Positions 62,083 to 64,000 of a DNA stretch of 64,000 nucleotides are shown here, piece after piece (the first letter of the stretch is position 1; each line of letters begins with the position of its first letter). The notes beneath the pieces are model-generated. The model did not search any database. It was not told the DNA's origin and was given only the letters and a program-made list of their open reading frames with translations. Origin of the DNA: an uncultured Spirochaetota bacterium. Its GTDB lineage: Bacteria; Spirochaetota; Spirochaetia; SZUA-6; Fen-1364. The DNA lies in NCBI GenBank assembly GCA_963820525.1, contig CAWGAA010000003.1:192001-256000 (forward strand), in the 5' to 3' direction. The position numbers and the translations under genes were made by a program.

Positions 62083-62186
62083 TCTGCGGCGGCTTGATGG
62101 CGCGAAGCGCCCCCGAACGCCGCATCTGCGGCGGCTTGACGGCGCGAAGCGCCCCCGAACGCCGCATCTGCGGCGGCTTGACGGCG
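62083..62186. repeat. 42-nt tandem palindromic repeat, about 2.5 copies
   Basis: TCTGCGGCGGCTTGAYGGCGCGAAGCGCCCCCGAACGCCGCA starting at 62083, 62125 and 62167 (last partial). Confidence 0.92.
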
Positions 62187-62257
62187 GGCATCAGGCGCAG
62201 CCCGCCCGGCGCAGGGCGCCACGAGTCTTCCCGTTTTTTCTGCGGCCTCCTTGACCC

Positions 62258-62695
62258 ATGGGATGCCTCACGCTACATTTGTTTCCTTACGGAGTCCCTG
62301 TGCATCATACCGTTGTTTCCAGCGCCCTGTTGCTCTACCTGCTCGCCCCCATGGTCGTGGTCTGGGTGTACCACCTTGCCCAGAGGAGATATGCGGAGGC
62401 CGGGGAGAAGAAGCGAACGGCGAGTCTCCTGTTCGCTCTGGTCTTCGTCGGGCTCTGGGTTGCCTCGTATGCCCTTCGGCAATTCAATGCCGACGACGTT
62501 TTTCTCATCCCTGTGTTCTTTCTCGCTTTTACCGTCATATCCTGGAGGCGGAAGGATTTCTTTCCCTTTCGATTTTCCTGCGCGCGGTGCGGGAAACCCT
62601 TGAGCCTTCAAAAAATCCTCTTCTACGACTCTAACGCATGCGACGCATGCGACCCACCGGCACGAAAATCGATACAAGGAGGCGGAATGCCATGA
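62258..62695 (+). CDS. Small membrane protein with a C-terminal CxxC...CxxC motif
   Basis: Three hydrophobic segments; CARC...CDAC; stop overlaps the next ATG. Confidence 0.65.
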   Translation: MGCLTLHLFPYGVPVHHTVVSSALLLYLLAPMVVVWVYHLAQRRYAEAGEKKRTASLLFALVFVGLWVASYALRQFNADDVFLIPVFFLAFTVISWRRKDFFPFRFSCARCGKPLSLQKILFYDSNACDACDPPARKSIQGGGMP

Positions 62696-63897
62696 GGAAC
62701 AGGAAACTCTCCATGCCGTTCTGGTGCGTAGGCAATCCGGTCGGCGACCCGTTCGGACCGGCCGTGATGGACAGGATATCGAGCCTCGAAGTGTGCGACC
62801 TGTTGTGCAAAGCGCACCAGGAGAAGCTCATCGACTTCACGGCGGCCCATGACGACGATCTGGTGCCCTGGGATCCCAAGCACCTCGAGGACGACCTCGA
62901 TCCTTCAAGCCCCGCGTCGCAGACCCTCAAGAGCCTGAAGGAAAAGCTCGACGCGGTGGAGCTGAAGTTCGTCAACATGACCACCAACCTGCATTCCAAC
63001 CCCGTATTCCGAAACGGCGGGCTCACAAACCCCAACCCCGAGGTGCGGCTGCTCGCCGCGCGCAAGGTGATGCGATCCATCCGCATCGGCAACTTCTTGG
63101 GAGCCGAGTACCTCACCTATTGGGTTGCGCGCGACGGCTTCGAATGCCAGTTCGCCGTGCCCTGGGACAGGTCGTACCGCTATCTGATGGAGGGGCTGAA
63201 TCTGGCCGAAAAGTACGCCAAGGAGCAGAACGGCACCATCCGGCGAGGATCCATCGAGCCCAAGCCGAACGAGCCTCGCGGGGAGATGTTCCTGCCCACC
63301 ACGGGGCATGCCCTGGGGATGATCGCCATGCTGAGCGATCCCTCTTTCTGGGGCGTGAACCCCGAGATCCTCCAGCATGAAGGCATGACCAACTTGAGCG
63401 CAACCGTCGCCGTTGCAATTGCCATGAGCGCCGGGAAGCTCTTCTTCCTCCATCTGGGAAACCAGAAGCCGGGTCAGTTCGACAACGACCTGCCGACTCT
63501 CGTCGGCATGGACGGAGTGAAGGAGATCGTATCGGTGATCTGGCTGCTGGACAGGATGGGGTGGCAGGGACACGTGGAGTTCGACAACCACATCCTGCGC
63601 ACCGACACGGCTCCGGGCAAGGAGAACAGCGTTCGAATCCGCATGGACTTCATCCGGCAGAACGTGGAGAACTACAAGATGGCAGAGAAGAAGGCGAAGG
63701 AGATCGGCGCCGATGCGGACCTGTCCAAGCTCATGGCCGCGCTGTGGGACAGGGAGCCGGCGCTGGCCAAGCTCCTCTCCCAGGCGGAGTCCTCGGCCAT
63801 CCTGAAGGCGCCCATTGATTACGACAAGATCAACGCGACGGCCCTCCAGGTGGCGCGTCTGGACGCGCAGGTGACCAAGAAGCTGCTGGGCGGCTGA
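62692..63897 (+). CDS. Xylose isomerase-like TIM-barrel sugar isomerase
   Basis: W.VG...GDPFG, HDDDL, TTNL.SNPVF.NGGLT, EPKPNEPRG, GVNPE, FDND. Confidence 0.8.
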   Translation: MRNRKLSMPFWCVGNPVGDPFGPAVMDRISSLEVCDLLCKAHQEKLIDFTAAHDDDLVPWDPKHLEDDLDPSSPASQTLKSLKEKLDAVELKFVNMTTNLHSNPVFRNGGLTNPNPEVRLLAARKVMRSIRIGNFLGAEYLTYWVARDGFECQFAVPWDRSYRYLMEGLNLAEKYAKEQNGTIRRGSIEPKPNEPRGEMFLPTTGHALGMIAMLSDPSFWGVNPEILQHEGMTNLSATVAVAIAMSAGKLFFLHLGNQKPGQFDNDLPTLVGMDGVKEIVSVIWLLDRMGWQGHVEFDNHILRTDTAPGKENSVRIRMDFIRQNVENYKMAEKKAKEIGADADLSKLMAALWDREPALAKLLSQAESSAILKAPIDYDKINATALQVARLDAQVTKKLLGG

Positions 63898-63913
63898 CGG
63901 GCGCCTTCGCTTC

Positions 63914-64000
63914 ATGAGTCAGCTCGTCTCGATTCTCACGCTTATCGGCGCCTTGGCCGTGGGCATCCTTGCGGGGCGTATTGCGGCAGTGGCGACGTTC
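63914..64000 (+). CDS. 5' part of a membrane protein (runs off the window)
   Basis: MSQLVSILTLIGALAVGILAG is hydrophobic and open to the window end. Confidence 0.45.
   Translation, partial: MSQLVSILTLIGALAVGILAGRIAAVATF

Noticed and set aside
62083..62186. Possible CRISPR array (also considered for 12077-12245)
   Set aside because: Units are contiguous and near-identical with no unique spacers; no cas genes in the window.

Overview
High-GC bacterial chromosomal segment, probably from a spirochaete (inferred from gene content and signal-peptide style, not proven). The left flank (1-14.1 kb) carries a rhamnose-type ABC importer, a YesMN-like two-component pair, a pdaD/deoxyhypusine-synthase-like/speB polyamine operon and AmmeMemoRadiSam B/A. 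The right flank (47.4-64 kb) carries ldh, rbsK, valS, a hybrid kinase, sugar isomerases and a macro-Nudix fusion. Between them is an accessory block (about 14.2-47.4 kb). It holds a BsuBI/PstI-type R-M pair, two inverted copies of a ~300-nt structured non-coding element (one hit by IS66), and a ~21-kb operon of Sec-exported proteins ending in an RHS toxin with a Cys/His tip and a WG-repeat candidate immunity gene. It ends in a nested mobile element: IS200 inside a large-serine-recombinase (LSR) element, inside the RT gene of a group IIC intron, next to a second intron fragment behind a terminator. Main observations: (1) The LSR element is integrated in the conserved LGIPTV codons of the intron RT. 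Excision would restore the RT and also join an SD+ATG at the right end in frame to the start-less first gene at the left end, making a gene that exists only on the circle. (2) One palindromic repeat family is inserted in frame in two unrelated proteins (ValS, AmrA). Five single-base +1 frameshifts may be sequencing errors.
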